Source: Anaeromyxobacter sp.
GTDB taxonomy: Bacteria > Myxococcota > Myxococcia > Myxococcales > Anaeromyxobacteraceae
Reading direction: 5' to 3'
Assembly (NCBI GenBank): GCA_049840735.1
Contig: JASGJN010000020.1
Location: forward strand, 352,001 to 416,000
DNA length: 64,000 bases
Part shown: piece by piece, positions 22,357 to 33,269 of the stretch
Layout: each line of letters opens with the position of its first letter
Numbering within the stretch: the stretch's first letter is position 1
The notes under the pieces: model-generated
The model's database searches: none
Seen by the model: only the letters and a program-made list of their open reading frames with translations
Told to the model about the DNA's origin: nothing
Made by a program: the position numbers and the translations under genes

Positions 22357-23010
22357 TCAGCGCTCCTGCGGCTCCCGCTGCCCTCCGCCGCCCGCGGCCG
22401 CCTTGCCGCGCGAGCCGGGCCGGTGGCGCGGGCTCCTGCGCGCACCCTGGGCGCACTCCAGCTGCTTCGCGACCATTCGCCTGAAGGCGGCGCGCATGGG
22501 CTCGAAGCGGGCCGGATCGCGCTCCAGCGCGCCCAGCGCCAGGGCCACCGCGTCGATGGTGGACATGCAGTGGGCCTCCGGCTCCCGGCGCAGCAGGCCG
22601 TACCCCTCGGCGCCGTCCGGCACCACCGAGAGCTTCGGCAGCGCGGCCAGCTGCGGGTTGTCCCGCAGCATCCGCTCCACCTGCAGCCAGGTGCCATCGA
22701 TGACCACCAGGTGGCGCGGCGGATCGCCGGCGCGGGCGGTCGCCGGGACGGCGTCCGGACCGGGGTAGAGCAGCGCGCCGTCCGGCTGGGCCAGCACCTC
22801 CGCCAGCCGGGCATGGCCGGCGAAGACGACACCCTGGTGCAGCTCGGCGTTCTCCAGCGCCACCCGGGCCAGGCGGGCGCTGCAGATGGCCACGCGCGCC
22901 TCGCGCGGATGCTGGAGCAGCACCACCCGCGTCCGCGACGGGGCCGGGACGAGCCCCTCGCAGACGCAGGCGGCCCTGGGGCGGAGGCAGCGGCGGCAGA
23001 GCTCTCGCAC
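22357..23010 (-). CDS. DTW-domain tRNA-uridine aminocarboxypropyltransferase
   Basis: CRRC..P..ACVC, LQHPRE, LLYP, IDGTW, LRREP...CMST. Confidence 0.88.
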   Translation of the reverse strand: MRELCRRCLRPRAACVCEGLVPAPSRTRVVLLQHPREARVAICSARLARVALENAELHQGVVFAGHARLAEVLAQPDGALLYPGPDAVPATARAGDPPRHLVVIDGTWLQVERMLRDNPQLAALPKLSVVPDGAEGYGLLRREPEAHCMSTIDAVALALGALERDPARFEPMRAAFRRMVAKQLECAQGARRSPRHRPGSRGKAAAGGGGQREPQER

Positions 23011-23058
23011 GGGGCCGGCAAGGTACGAGGACCGGGCCCGCCGTTCAAGCCCCGCGCG

Positions 23059-23391
23059 TCACTTCGCGACGGCGGCGTCCCCGGCGGCCACCTGGGTGAC
23101 CACCGCGCCGGCCTCGACGTAGCCGGTCTGGCCATCGGCGGTCTTGACCCGGCGGAAGCCGCGCACGGTCTCGGTGGAGGCGGTCACGGCCGCGCCCGAC
23201 GCCAGCGTCTGGCGGGCGGGCGAGCGCGCGTCGGGGGCGCTGCGCAGCGACACCTCGCGCGAGAGCGTGGCGGGGAGGACCGGGGACGGCGCGGCCTGGT
23301 TCCGCTGGGCCACCTCCTCCTCGGTGCGGAAGGCCTGGTCGTAGGCGCAGGCGGACAGGGCGAGCAGCAGGGCGACGGACAGGACGCGCAT
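23059..23391 (-). CDS. SH3-domain lipoprotein
   Basis: LALSAC lipobox; [19 protein letters not shown]3b-like motif. Confidence 0.7.
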   Translation of the reverse strand: MRVLSVALLLALSACAYDQAFRTEEEVAQRNQAAPSPVLPATLSREVSLRSAPDARSPARQTLASGAAVTASTETVRGFRRVKTADGQTGYVEAGAVVTQVAAGDAAVAK

Positions 23392-23576
23392 GGCTTCTCC
23401 GGGCGTGGGCAGACCCCTCCCGCGCACCGCCCCTGCGGCGCGAGGATGGGATCGCGGGATGGCGTTTCACTACGCGCGCGGCGCACGGCTATTTCGCGCC
23501 CCGGGCGTATACTCCTGGCAGGCCGCGCCCCTCACCGCAGCGGGGGCACCAGGCGGGCGCGGCGCCGGAGGGGCGG

Positions 23577-25643
23577 ATGGCCGACGGGCGGGGTGACGGC
23601 GCGGAGCGGCGCATGCGCGCCATCCGGAACATCGGGATCATGGCCCACATCGACGCGGGCAAGACGACGCTCACCGAGCGGCTGCTCTTCGTGGCCGGCC
23701 GCACGCACAAGATGGGCGAGGTCCACGAGGGCGCCGCCGTCATGGACTGGATGGAGCTCGAGCGCGAGCGCGGGATCACCATCACCTCGGCGGTGACCCG
23801 CTTCGAGTGGTCCGGCCACGAGCTGCACCTCATCGACACGCCCGGGCACGTGGACTTCACCATCGAGGTGGAGCGCAGCCTGCGGGTGCTGGACGGCGCG
23901 GTCGCGGTGTTCGACGCCGCGCACGGCGTGGAGCCGCAGAGCGAGACGGTCTGGCGGCAGGCCGACCGCTACCACGTGCCGCGGCTGGCCTTCGCCAACA
24001 AGATGGACCGCGTCGGCGCCGACTTCGCCATGACGCTGGGCTCGCTGCGCCGCCACTTCCCCGACCACGCCGTGGCCGCGGTGCACCGGCCGCTGGGCGC
24101 GGAGGCGGCCTTCACCGGGCTGGAGGACCTGGTCCACCGCCGCACCGTCACCTTCACCGACTCGGCCGACCCCCGCGCCTTCGCGGTGACCGAGGGGATC
24201 TCCGCCGCCGGCGAGGCGGAGCGGCGCGCGCTGCTGGAGGTGCTGGCCGACCATGACGAGGCCGCCGCCGACGCGCTCCTCTCCGACGCCGACCTGGCGC
24301 CCGAGCCGCTCTCCGAGGCCGTCCGGCGCGCCACGCTCTCGGGGCGGTTCGTCCCGCTGCTGTGCGGCTCGGCACTGCGCAACCGCGGCATCCCCCAGGT
24401 GCTGGACGCCATCTGCGCCTGGCTCCCCTCCCCGCTCGACGTGCCACCGCCGACCGGCCACGCGCCGGAGGGCGGCGAGCCGGTGACCCGCGCCGTCTCG
24501 GAGTCCGGCCCGCTGCTGGCGCTGGCCTTCAAGGTCTCGCTGCTGGACGAGCGGCGGCGCCACGTCTTCCTGCGCGTCTACTCCGGGCGCGTGGCCGAGG
24601 GGGACGCGGTCTGGAACGCCAGCCAGGGCAGGTTCGAGAAGGTGGGGCGCGTGCTGCTCATGCACGCCGCGCACAAGGAGCGGGTCCCGGCGCTGGGCGC
24701 CGGGCAGATCTTCGCGGTGGCGGGGCTCAAGGACACCCGCACCGGCGACACGCTCACCGACAAGGCCCACCCGCTGCTCCTGGAGCGGCTGGGCGCCTAC
24801 GAGCCGGTCCTCTCGCAGGCCATCGAGCCGCCCTCGCAGCGCGAGCGCGAGGCGCTCGACGAGGCGCTGGCGCGCATCGCAGACGAGGACCCCACCTTCC
24901 GCTGGGGCGAGGACCCCGACACCGGCCAGCTGCTCATGTCCGGGATGGGCGAGCTGCACCTGGAGATCGTCCAGGAGCGGCTGCGGCGCGAGTTCAACCT
25001 GGCCGTCCGCAGCGGCCCGCCCCAGGTGCTGCTGCGCGAGACGCTCACCGCCAGCGCGGAGGCCGAGGCGGTCTTCGAGCGGACGCTGGACGAGGGGGCG
25101 CTGTTCGGGCAGGTGGCGGTGCGGGTGGGACCGCTCCCGCGCGGCGGCGGCTTCCGCTTCGAGCTCGCGCCGGGCCTGGCCGCCCTGCCCCACGTGCGGG
25201 ACGAGGTGCGGCGCATGCTGGAGGACGGCGCCCGCGAGGCCGCCGAGGCGGGCGCGCTGGAGGGCCACCCGCTGCAGGACGTGGCGGTCACGGTCACCGC
25301 GGTGGGCTGGCGCGAGGGCGCCTCCAGACCCTTCACCTGCAAGATCGCCTGCGCCGACGCGGTCCGGGCGGCGGCGGTCAAGGCCAGCCCGGTGATCCTC
25401 GAGCCGCTCATGCGCCTCGAGGTGGAGCTACCGGCGGAGCACCTGGGCGAGGTCATCGGGGGCCTGGACCGGCGCCAGGGAACGGTGCTGGACGTCGCCG
25501 AGCGCGGCGCGGCCGTGAAGGTGGTGCAGGCCGAGGCGCCGCTGCGCCGGCTCTTCGGCTACGCCACCGAGCTGCGCTCGGCCACGCAGGGGCGCGCCCT
25601 CTTCACCATGCGCTTCGATCGGTACGACCAGGCCCAGCGCTAG
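23577..25643 (+). CDS. fusA: Elongation factor G paralogue
   Basis: [63 protein letters not shown]; not in a str operon. Confidence 0.9.
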   Translation: MADGRGDGAERRMRAIRNIGIMAHIDAGKTTLTERLLFVAGRTHKMGEVHEGAAVMDWMELERERGITITSAVTRFEWSGHELHLIDTPGHVDFTIEVERSLRVLDGAVAVFDAAHGVEPQSETVWRQADRYHVPRLAFANKMDRVGADFAMTLGSLRRHFPDHAVAAVHRPLGAEAAFTGLEDLVHRRTVTFTDSADPRAFAVTEGISAAGEAERRALLEVLADHDEAAADALLSDADLAPEPLSEAVRRATLSGRFVPLLCGSALRNRGIPQVLDAICAWLPSPLDVPPPTGHAPEGGEPVTRAVSESGPLLALAFKVSLLDERRRHVFLRVYSGRVAEGDAVWNASQGRFEKVGRVLLMHAAHKERVPALGAGQIFAVAGLKDTRTGDTLTDKAHPLLLERLGAYEPVLSQAIEPPSQREREALDEALARIADEDPTFRWGEDPDTGQLLMSGMGELHLEIVQERLRREFNLAVRSGPPQVLLRETLTASAEAEAVFERTLDEGALFGQVAVRVGPLPRGGGFRFELAPGLAALPHVRDEVRRMLEDGAREAAEAGALEGHPLQDVAVTVTAVGWREGASRPFTCKIACADAVRAAAVKASPVILEPLMRLEVELPAEHLGEVIGGLDRRQGTVLDVAERGAAVKVVQAEAPLRRLFGYATELRSATQGRALFTMRFDRYDQAQR

Positions 25644-25715
25644 GCCCCGCCCGGATGGTCCAGGCACGTCCCTGGGGCCGTTGCCCGCGCCGCGGGGGCG
25701 GCGGCATCTTGCCCT

Positions 25716-26177
25716 GTGCCCTGGGTTGCGCTGGCTCTACCGTTGGTGCTCGCTGCTTCGCCCGCGCCGGCCGATGGGACCTCGGCGCTCCGCCCGCTCC
25801 GGGTGGAGCGGGTCGCGGTGATGTCCCGCAGCAGTCACGAGGAGCGCTTGCTGGCCTCGAGCCCGGGGCGCGCCCCGGCGCTGGCCTTCGGACTGGCCTC
25901 CGCTCCGCCCTACCAGGGAGGCGTCTCCAGCGACCTGGCGGGCGCCGGGGCAGACGCAAAGGCCGCGCGGGGCCGGGTCAGCGACCTGGCCCTGCAGCTC
26001 CTGTCGGAGACGCCGATCCGACCGGTGGCAGCGCTGGCCGGCCTGATCGCGCAGTCGCCGCTGCGCGTCCGGATGGATCTCGGTCGCGACGGCCGCGGCG
26101 GCGGCGCCGAGGTGACGGTGGTCCTGCGCTGGCGGCTCGACGCCGGCAACGGCTTCCTGCCGCCCAACCAGCGCTGA
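25716..26177 (+). CDS. Hypothetical secreted protein
   Basis: ORF with signal-peptide-like N-terminus filling the gap after fusA; no family recognised. Confidence 0.5.
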   Translation: MPWVALALPLVLAASPAPADGTSALRPLRVERVAVMSRSSHEERLLASSPGRAPALAFGLASAPPYQGGVSSDLAGAGADAKAARGRVSDLALQLLSETPIRPVAALAGLIAQSPLRVRMDLGRDGRGGGAEVTVVLRWRLDAGNGFLPPNQR

Positions 26178-26339
26178 GAGCGCGTGAAACGGGGCGCCGC
26201 CCTCCTCCTGCGGCACGGGATGACCACATCCACCCCCGGGCGCCCACCCCGGGCATTTCACGCGCAGGCACAGCCCGTCGTACACTCGTCCGCCGAGGGG
26301 TGGGGCGGCCAGGCGGCCGCCGACAGGAGGAACACCGAC

Positions 26340-26828
26340 ATGCGGAAGCTTCTTCTCGGGGTGATGGCTGCGGCGCTGCTCGCCGGGCCGGTGGCGGCCT
26401 GGGCCGGGCCCGGCGTGCTGGAGCTGTCCGCCGGCAGCGGGTTCCTGCTCGAGGGCGAGAACGACCGGATCCCCACCAACCTGATGCTCACCGGCGGCCT
26501 GGACGTGCTCGACACGGTCAAGCTCGAGCTGGGCGTGGTCTACAACCTCGACGACGTCGAGGGCAGCAAGAGCGAGGTGGACCTGCGGCCGATGGTGGTG
26601 GTGGCCCCGCCGCTCTTCCCGCTCTACCTGCGCGGCATCGTGGGCGTGACGGGCCTCAAGGAGGGCCCCACCGCCATGAACTACGGCGGCGCGCTGGGCT
26701 GGCGCCTGGGCGCGCTGGGCCTGGGCGTGTTCATCGAGGCCGGCGCGATGACGCGCAAGGTGGACACGGCCACCGGCGACGACACCCTCTGGATCGGCGA
26801 GGGCCGGATCGGCGGGTACTGGGACTGA
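26340..26828 (+). CDS. Small outer-membrane beta-barrel-like protein
   Basis: AGGAGG RBS; signal peptide; alternating beta strands; terminal GRIGGYWD. Confidence 0.7.
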   Translation: MRKLLLGVMAAALLAGPVAAWAGPGVLELSAGSGFLLEGENDRIPTNLMLTGGLDVLDTVKLELGVVYNLDDVEGSKSEVDLRPMVVVAPPLFPLYLRGIVGVTGLKEGPTAMNYGGALGWRLGALGLGVFIEAGAMTRKVDTATGDDTLWIGEGRIGGYWD

Positions 26829-26861
26829 GCGGGCCTCAGGCCTCGGGCTTCGGACATCAGC

Positions 26862-26898
26862 AAAGGCGGCCAGTCCTCGGGGACCGGCCGCCTTTCTT
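26862..26898. terminator. Likely bidirectional intrinsic terminator
   Basis: AAAGGCGGCCAGTCC-TCGG-GGACCGGCCGCCTTTCTT between convergent genes. Confidence 0.75.
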
Positions 26899-26945
26899 GT
26901 CTGGACCGCAGCCCGGGGCCCGCGGTGCGAGGCCTGACGCCTGCT

Positions 26946-28569
26946 TCAGCAGCCCAGCTTCCTGAAGAAGTCGTTCCCCTTGTCGTCGACCAGGATGAAG
27001 GCCGGGAAGTCGACCACGTCGATCCTCCAGACCGCCTCCATGCCCAGCTCGGGGAAGTCGATGCACTCCACCTTCTTGATGTTCTCCTCGGCCAGCACCG
27101 CGGCCGGGCCGCCGATGGAGCCCAGGTAGAAGCCGCCGTGCTTCTTGCACGCGTCGGTCACCTGCTGGCTGCGGTTGCCCTTGGCGATCATCACCATCGA
27201 CGCGCCGTGGGACTGCAGCAGGTCCACGTAGGAGTCCATTCGGCCGGCGGTGGTCGGGCCGAACGAGCCGGAGGGCTTGCCGGCCGGGGTCTTGGCCGGG
27301 CCGGCGTAGTAGACCGGGTGGTCCTTCAGGTACTGCGGCACGCCCTTGCCCTGGTCGATCAGCTCCTTGAACTTCGCGTGGGCGATGTCGCGGGCCACCA
27401 CCAGCGTCCCGCTCAGCAGCAGCGGGGTGGAGACCGGGTGCCGGGACAGCTCGGCCAGCACCTCCTTCATGGGCCGGTCCAGGTCCACCCGCACGCCGTG
27501 CTGGTGCTTGGCCTTCTTCAGCTCCAGCGGCACCAGCCGCTCCGGCGCGTGGTCCAGCTGCTCGATCCAGACGCCGTCCCTGTCGATCCGCGCCTTCACG
27601 TTGCGATCGGCCGAGCAGGAGACGGCCATCGACACCGGGCAGGAGGCGCCGTGGCGCGGGAGCCGGATCACCCGCACGTCGTGGGCGAAGTACTTGCCGC
27701 CGAACTGGGCGCCGATGCCCAGCTTGTTGGCCGCGTCGAGCAGCTTCTGCTCCAGGTCCAGGTCGCGGAAGGCGCGCCCCAGCGCGTTGCCGCTGGTGGG
27801 GAGCGCGTCGTAGTAGTGGGTCGAGGCCAGCTTGACCGCCTTCACGCAGGCGTCGGCGGAGGTGCCGCCCACCACCACGGCGATGTGGTACGGCGGGCAG
27901 GCGGCCGTGCCCAGGTGGCGCATCTTGTCCACCAGGAACTTCTCCAGCCGCTCCGGCGTGAGCAGCGCCTTGGTCTCCTGCCAGAGCTGGGTCTTGTTGG
28001 CCGACCCGCCGCCCTTGGCCAGGAAGAGGAACTCGTACTTCATGCCCTCGCCGGCGGAGATGTCGATCTGCGCCGGCAGGTTGGTGCCGGTGTTGATCTC
28101 CTCGTACATGTCCAGCGCCACCGTCTGCGAGTAGCGGAGGTTCTGGTTCACGTACGTCTCGTAGACGCCCTGGGACAGGTACTTCTCGTCCTTCACGCCG
28201 GTCCAGACCTGCTGCCCCTTCTTCGCCACCACGGTGGCCGTGCCGGTGTCCTGGCAGACGGGCAGCTCGCCGCGCGCCGAGATCTCGGCGTTGCGCAGGA
28301 AGGCCATGGCCACGCCCTTGTCGTTGGGCGAGGCCTCCGGGTCGCGGAGGATCTTGGCGACCTGCTCGTTGTGCTCGGGGCGGAGGAAGAAGGAGACCTC
28401 GCGCATGGCCTCGCGCGCCACCAGGGCCAGGGCGGAGGGGTCCACCTTGAGGATTCTCGTGCCCGTCGAACTGCGTGACCGAGACGCCCTCGCTGGTGAG
28501 GAGGCGGAACTTGGTCTCGTCCTTCCCGAGCGGGAAGGGATCCTGGTACTCGAACGCGGGGGTGGCCAT
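26946..28569 (-). CDS. fumA: Fumarate hydratase class I; +1 frameshift at 28452-28456
   Basis: [19 protein letters not shown]...; [62 protein letters not shown]. Confidence 0.93.
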
Positions 28570-28715
28570 CGGGTCTGCTCTCCTTCGCCGGTGCGCTCCG
28601 GTGTAACCGTCGGGCGCGGGAGGTCCATGCCCGGCGCGGGGAGGTAAACCACAGGACGGGCGCACTGTCGATGGGCGGTGCGCCGCGGGCAGCCGTCCTC
28701 CGGGCCCCGCGCCGC

Positions 28716-28946
28716 TCAGCGCAGGAAGAAGAGCACCCCACCCACCGCGCCGGCCAGGCCGGTCACCACGTAGAGCGCTCCAGCCACCATGGCCTGGCGG
28801 CCGGACAGGTGGCCGCCCGAGGTGCGCATGGCCTTGCGGACGAAGCCGTCCCTGATCCCGATCCAGGCCGCCAGCAGGCCGGTCGCGACCAGCACCAGCG
28901 CCACGCCGGCGTGCAGCAGGTTCCCGCGGTCGAGCAGCAATTCCAT
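28716..28946 (-). CDS. Small two-TM membrane protein
   Basis: 76 aa, two hydrophobic helices; TAGGAT -10 box 6 nt before ATG. Confidence 0.65.
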   Translation of the reverse strand: MELLLDRGNLLHAGVALVLVATGLLAAWIGIRDGFVRKAMRTSGGHLSGRQAMVAGALYVVTGLAGAVGGVLFFLR

Positions 28947-29127
28947 GGAGGGATCCTAGAGCGCGCGCCGAGCCGGGTCGACTTGCCGCACCGGCCTGGA
29001 CCCCGCGCCTTTTTCGGTCGGGAAGGCCCCCTTCTACGCGAAGGAGGGTTACCCTGTCCCACCCCGTCGTGTTTACTCGCCCGTACCGCGCGCCCGTGCC
29101 GCGCGACCTCCACCGGAACGGTCCGCC

Positions 29128-30462
29128 ATGATCCGTCGCCCCGCCTCGCCCGTCGCGCTGGTCCTGCTCGCCGCCGCGCTGCTTGCTGCCTGCAGCCCGG
29201 CCACCACGTCAGAGCCCGGGGGCTCCACTGGTCCGACCGGGCCGACTGGGCCCACCGGACCGACTGGTCCCACTGGACCGACTGGTCCCACCGGACCGAC
29301 TGGTCCCACCGGGCCGACTGGTCCCACCGGGCCGACTGGTCCCACCGGGCCGACTGGTCCCACCGGTCCCACCGGCCCCACCGGCCCCACCGGCCCCACC
29401 GGCCCCACCGGTCCCACCGGCCCCACCGGCCCCACCGGGCCGACCGGGCCGACCGGTTCGGTGCGAGTGACGGTCGCGCCGGATCCCGGCTCGACCGCGA
29501 CTGGCGGGACCCTTCCCTTCGTCGCGACGGTGACAGGCACGGCGAGCGGCGAGTCCACCTCGGTCACCTGGTCGGTGCTGGAGGCGGGCGGCGGCAGCAT
29601 CTCCTCCGCCGGCGTGTACCAGGCGCCCGGCGCGGCCGGCACCTACACCGTGATCGCGACCAGCGTCGCCGACCCCGACGCCAGCCGTCAGGCCTCGGTC
29701 ATCGTCACGGCCGCGCCCGCCACGACCTTCGCCGACCAGCTCCACGCCATCTCAGGCAAGCGCATCTACTACCAGCACGCCTCGCTGGGTGGTGAGTCGG
29801 TCGGCGTGTACCAGGCCCCCGGCCCCTGGCCGGATCCGTACTGGGGACTCGACGAGATGTGCCGCGCGCACCCGACCGCCGGGACCACCTTGGCCCGGAA
29901 CCAGGGCTACCCGACGGCCCCTCCGCGCACGGTGGCGGTGGGCACGGTGTCCGAGTGGACCCACGGCGCGCTCAACGGAAACGCGCCGGAGAAGCTGCGC
30001 CAGTTCGATCTGGCCATCCGCGCCTTCACCGTCCCGGTGGACGTGGCCATCCTGAAGCTCGGCCTGCCGGACTTCGACCAGCAAGGCTACGTGGTGGGCA
30101 CCGGGATGACGGAGGCGCAGTGGTTCACCAGCGTCTACCAGCCGGCCCTGGCCGCGCTGGAGCGGGACTTCCCGGACACCATCTTCGTGCACGGCACCCT
30201 GCACATCATGATGGCCTCCAACTACTGGGGAAACGCCGCCCGCGAGTCCTGGAACAACCGGCTCCGCACCACCTACCCAGGACGCGTCTGGGATCTCGCG
30301 TACTGGCTGAGCGTGAACCGGGCCGGCAACCGCTGCATCGGGGCGGACGGCGCCCCGTGCATGCACGCCGACTGGCAGATCCCCACCGACGGGCACTGCA
30401 ACCAGCCCGGCGCCGACTGGCTGGGTGAGAACCTCCTGGCGTTCCTGTCCACCGTGAACTGA
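29128..30462 (+). CDS. Lipoprotein with collagen-like (GPT)25 stalk, Ig-like domain and SGNH-like C-terminal domain
   Basis: LLAAC lipobox; 25 GPT triplets; VTV.P...F.ATVTG..VTWSV..GG.I...[14 protein letters not shown]...DVAILK...DGHCN. Confidence 0.8.
   Translation: MIRRPASPVALVLLAAALLAACSPATTSEPGGSTGPTGPTGPTGPTGPTGPTGPTGPTGPTGPTGPTGPTGPTGPTGPTGPTGPTGPTGPTGPTGPTGPTGPTGPTGPTGSVRVTVAPDPGSTATGGTLPFVATVTGTASGESTSVTWSVLEAGGGSISSAGVYQAPGAAGTYTVIATSVADPDASRQASVIVTAAPATTFADQLHAISGKRIYYQHASLGGESVGVYQAPGPWPDPYWGLDEMCRAHPTAGTTLARNQGYPTAPPRTVAVGTVSEWTHGALNGNAPEKLRQFDLAIRAFTVPVDVAILKLGLPDFDQQGYVVGTGMTEAQWFTSVYQPALAALERDFPDTIFVHGTLHIMMASNYWGNAARESWNNRLRTTYPGRVWDLAYWLSVNRAGNRCIGADGAPCMHADWQIPTDGHCNQPGADWLGENLLAFLSTVN
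29230..29454 (+). repeat. 9-bp tandem coding repeat (GGNCCNACY x25)
   Basis: Directly visible; 225 nt encoding (Gly-Pro-Thr)25. Confidence 0.97.
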
Positions 30463-30543
30463 CCGGCCTCCTCCGCCCCCAGCAGGGGCTGGATCGTTTC
30501 CTGGCTTCGGGCGTTCCTACCGCAACCCGCAACCGGAGGATCG

Positions 30544-31273
30544 ATGACCCACCACCTGCGTACCCTGCTCGCCCTGCTGGCCCTTCCCTGCGCCCTGGCG
30601 CCGCTCCAGGCGTCCGCCCAGGCCGCTTCCCCTGCCCCGGCGCCTCGCATCATCCAGGTGAGCGGCGACGGCAAGGTGAGCGTCCGGCCGGACGTGGCGG
30701 TGCTGGTGACCGGCGTGGAGGCGACGGGCAAGGACCTGGCGAAGGTGAACAAGGACGCGAACGCCAGGATGAAGCAGATCCTGGCCGCGCTGGCCGAGGT
30801 GGGCGTGGCCGAGAAGGACGTGCAGACGCTCCGGAACGACATCCAGGTGGAGCGGCCCTGGGACCAGAAGGCCGGCCGCCCCGGCCCCATCACCGGCTAC
30901 ACCGTCAACACCGAGGTCCGGGTGAAGGTCCGCAACCTGGACAAGCTGGGGCCCGCCATCGACAAGGTGGTGGCGGCCGGGTCCAACACGCTCCGATTGC
31001 TCTCCTTCGAGAAGGAGGACACCACCGGCGAGGAGGCCCGGGCGCTCGGCATCGCCTACGCCGCCGCGCGGGTGAAGGCGGAGGCGCTGGCCAAGGCGGC
31101 CGGCGGCGCGCTGGGCGAGCCGCTCTCCATCTCGGAGGGGATTCGAGCAGCGCCCCTACCCGATGCCGGCCATGCGCGCCATGAAGGCCGAGGCGGCCGA
31201 CGCCGGCGCGCAGACCAGCGCGGGCGAGGTGGAGATCGCCGCCACCGTCCAGGTCACCTTCGGGATCCGTTGA
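30544..31273 (+). CDS. SIMPL (DUF541) domain protein; +1 frameshift at 31140-31144
   Basis: Signal peptide; IQVSGDGKVSVRPDVA, GV.EKDVQT, ITGY.V...VKVRNL, ARVKAEALA; corrected end GEVEIAATVQVTFGIR*. Confidence 0.88.
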
Positions 31274-31333
31274 GCCGGCGGGGGGCGCGCGGGTAGGATG
31301 CGCGCTCTCTTTCGCTCGCGAGGAAGGACGGAC

Positions 31334-31657
31334 ATGGCCAAGCCGAAGATCGACGATTTGGTGAAGGGCAAGGGGCCGGAGGCGGTGCGCGGCAAGACGG
31401 TGGAGGTGCACTACACCGGCTGGCTCACCGACGGCACGCAGTTCGACTCCTCGGTGGGCGGGCAGCCCTTCTCCTTCCGGCTCGGCGCCGGCGAGGTGAT
31501 TGAGGGCTGGGACCGCGGCGTGGCGGGCATGAAGGTGGGCGGCAAGCGCAAGCTGACGCTGCCGCCGGACCTGGCCTACGGCGCCAGGGGCGCCCCGCCG
31601 GACATCCCGCCCAACGCCACCCTGGTGTTCGAGGTCGAGCTTTTGTCGGTGTACTGA
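31334..31657 (+). CDS. FKBP-type peptidyl-prolyl isomerase
   Basis: [46 protein letters not shown]. Confidence 0.95.
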   Translation: MAKPKIDDLVKGKGPEAVRGKTVEVHYTGWLTDGTQFDSSVGGQPFSFRLGAGEVIEGWDRGVAGMKVGGKRKLTLPPDLAYGARGAPPDIPPNATLVFEVELLSVY

Positions 31658-31664
31658 AGCCTTT

Positions 31665-31736
31665 CCTTCGACTCCGCTCGCCCTGAGCGTAGCACCCGCA
31701 CGGCGGGTGCGGAGTCGAAGGGCTCAGGACGAACGG
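31665..31736. repeat. Nested REP-like element (plus-strand unit inside the arms of a minus-strand unit)
   Basis: CCTTCGACT[CCGCTCGCCCTGAGCGTAG-CACCCGC ACG GCGGGTG-CGGAGTCGAAGGGC]TCAGGACGAACGG. Confidence 0.8.
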
Positions 31737-32530
31737 GCTCCGGTGCCGGCCAGCGCTGCCACGCCGTGCGAGAGCTTCCCCAGCGCCCGTTCCCGCGACT
31801 CCCGGTCCAGCGTCGCCTGGACCGTGCCGCGGATCCGGGCCGAGAGGGCCTGCGCGCCGTCGTGGTCGGTCAGGGCGGCGCGCCCCTCCTCCACACGCAC
31901 CGGCCGGTGGAAGACGATCTTCCACCGCGCCGGGAGCGGGAGGAGCGAGAGCGGCAGCCCCACCGCCGCGCCCAGCAGCGGCTTCAGCAGCCCGACCGTC
32001 CAGGCCACCGGCAGGCACTCCTCGCCGCCGATCACCGCCACCGGCACGATGGGTGCGTCCAGCGCCGCCGCCACCCGGACGAAGCCGCGGTTCCAGGGCT
32101 TCATCCGGTAGGCCTCCCAGAACGGCTTGGTGTTGCCCGGCCAGCCCTCGGGGAAGATCCCCACCGCCCGCACCTCCGGCGGCAGGTGCTCCGGCCGGCG
32201 GAACCAGGAGGCCGGCACGGCCCCGGCCCGGCGCAGGAACGGCCCCAGCACCGGCGCCGTCACGGCGCGGTCGTAGGCGGCGAAGACCGGCGCCGCCTGC
32301 GGGCCCAGCGCGTCGGAGACGGCCAGCGCCAGGAAGAAGGCGTCCAGCGGGAACCAGCCGGCGTGGTTCTGCGCGTAGACCACCGGGCCGCTGCGCGGCA
32401 GGTGCTCCGCCCCCTCCACCTCCAGCTTGAAGTAGCCGACCCTGAGCAGCGCGCGCGCCAGCGGCACCAGCGCTCCGCTCCAGAACTGCCGGTCGAACTC
32501 CGGCGGGTATCGGCCGGCGCTGCCAGTCAT
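31724..32530 (-). CDS. Lysophospholipid acyltransferase (PlsC-like)
   Basis: EGAEHLP, NHAGWFPLD (HX4-5D), IFPEG, GFVRVA, PIVPV. Confidence 0.85.
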   Translation of the reverse strand: MTGSAGRYPPEFDRQFWSGALVPLARALLRVGYFKLEVEGAEHLPRSGPVVYAQNHAGWFPLDAFFLALAVSDALGPQAAPVFAAYDRAVTAPVLGPFLRRAGAVPASWFRRPEHLPPEVRAVGIFPEGWPGNTKPFWEAYRMKPWNRGFVRVAAALDAPIVPVAVIGGEECLPVAWTVGLLKPLLGAAVGLPLSLLPLPARWKIVFHRPVRVEEGRAALTDHDGAQALSARIRGTVQATLDRESRERALGKLSHGVAALAGTGARSS

Positions 32531-32717
32531 GGCTCCCTTCCCCTTCACCGGCTCGCGCCGGCCCCTGTTGCTCCGATGGTACGCCCTCCGCCAGGCCAGG
32601 AAACCACCCCCCTGGGACGGTCTCGCGTGCCATGAGGGCGCGTCCCGCGACACGAGCGCAGGTCGGGGTCGCGGAGCGACCGGACGGCCGTTATCAGTCC
32701 CGGACCGGAGGGACACC

Positions 32718-33244
32718 ATGCGCCCCATCGACTACGCCCACCTCTCGGCGCAGGACGCGCTCGACCTGGCGGTCCTGATCGAGCAGGAGGCGGAGGAGCG
32801 GTACGTGGAGCTGGCGCGGATGGTGGGCGGCGGCCGCTACGCGGGCGACGCGGCCGACATGTTCCGCACCATGGCCGTCTACGAGGCCCGCCACGGCGGG
32901 GATCTGTCCGAGCGGCGCCGGCAGCTGTTCGGCGACGCGCCGGTGCGGGTCACGCGCGACATGATCTTCGAACCGAGGCGCCCGACCTGGGCCGGCCGCG
33001 CGTCTTCATGTCGGCGCGGCAGGCGCTGGAGGTGGCGCGCGACTCGGAGGAGAAGGCGCACGCCTTCTTCGTGGACGCGCTGCCGCACGTCAGCGACCCC
33101 ACCGTGCGCGCGCTCTTCACCGAGCTGGCGCAGGAGGAGCTGCACCACCGCGCCATGGTCCACGAGAAGCTGGTCCACCTGCCCGAGGGGCCGGACGTGG
33201 ACGAGGACGAAGCCGATCAGCCTGGGACGGATCCGGGGAACTAG
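32718..33244 (+). CDS. Rubrerythrin/ferritin-like protein; frameshift near 32970
   Basis: ALDLAVLIEQEA..RY, EARH in frame 1; EAPD...MSARQALEVA..SEEKAH.FF..LF.ELAQEE.HH in frame 2. Confidence 0.8.
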
Positions 33245-33269
33245 CCGCAGGGAGCACAAGCCCAGCGGC

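Noticed and set aside
29073..29642. Antisense (GPV)n collagen-like ORF
   Set aside because: Mirror of the GPT repeat; the plus strand has the lipobox and downstream domains
32618..32633. sigma54 promoter for the acyltransferase (TGGCACGCGAGACCGT)
   Set aside because: -24 box present but no GC at -12
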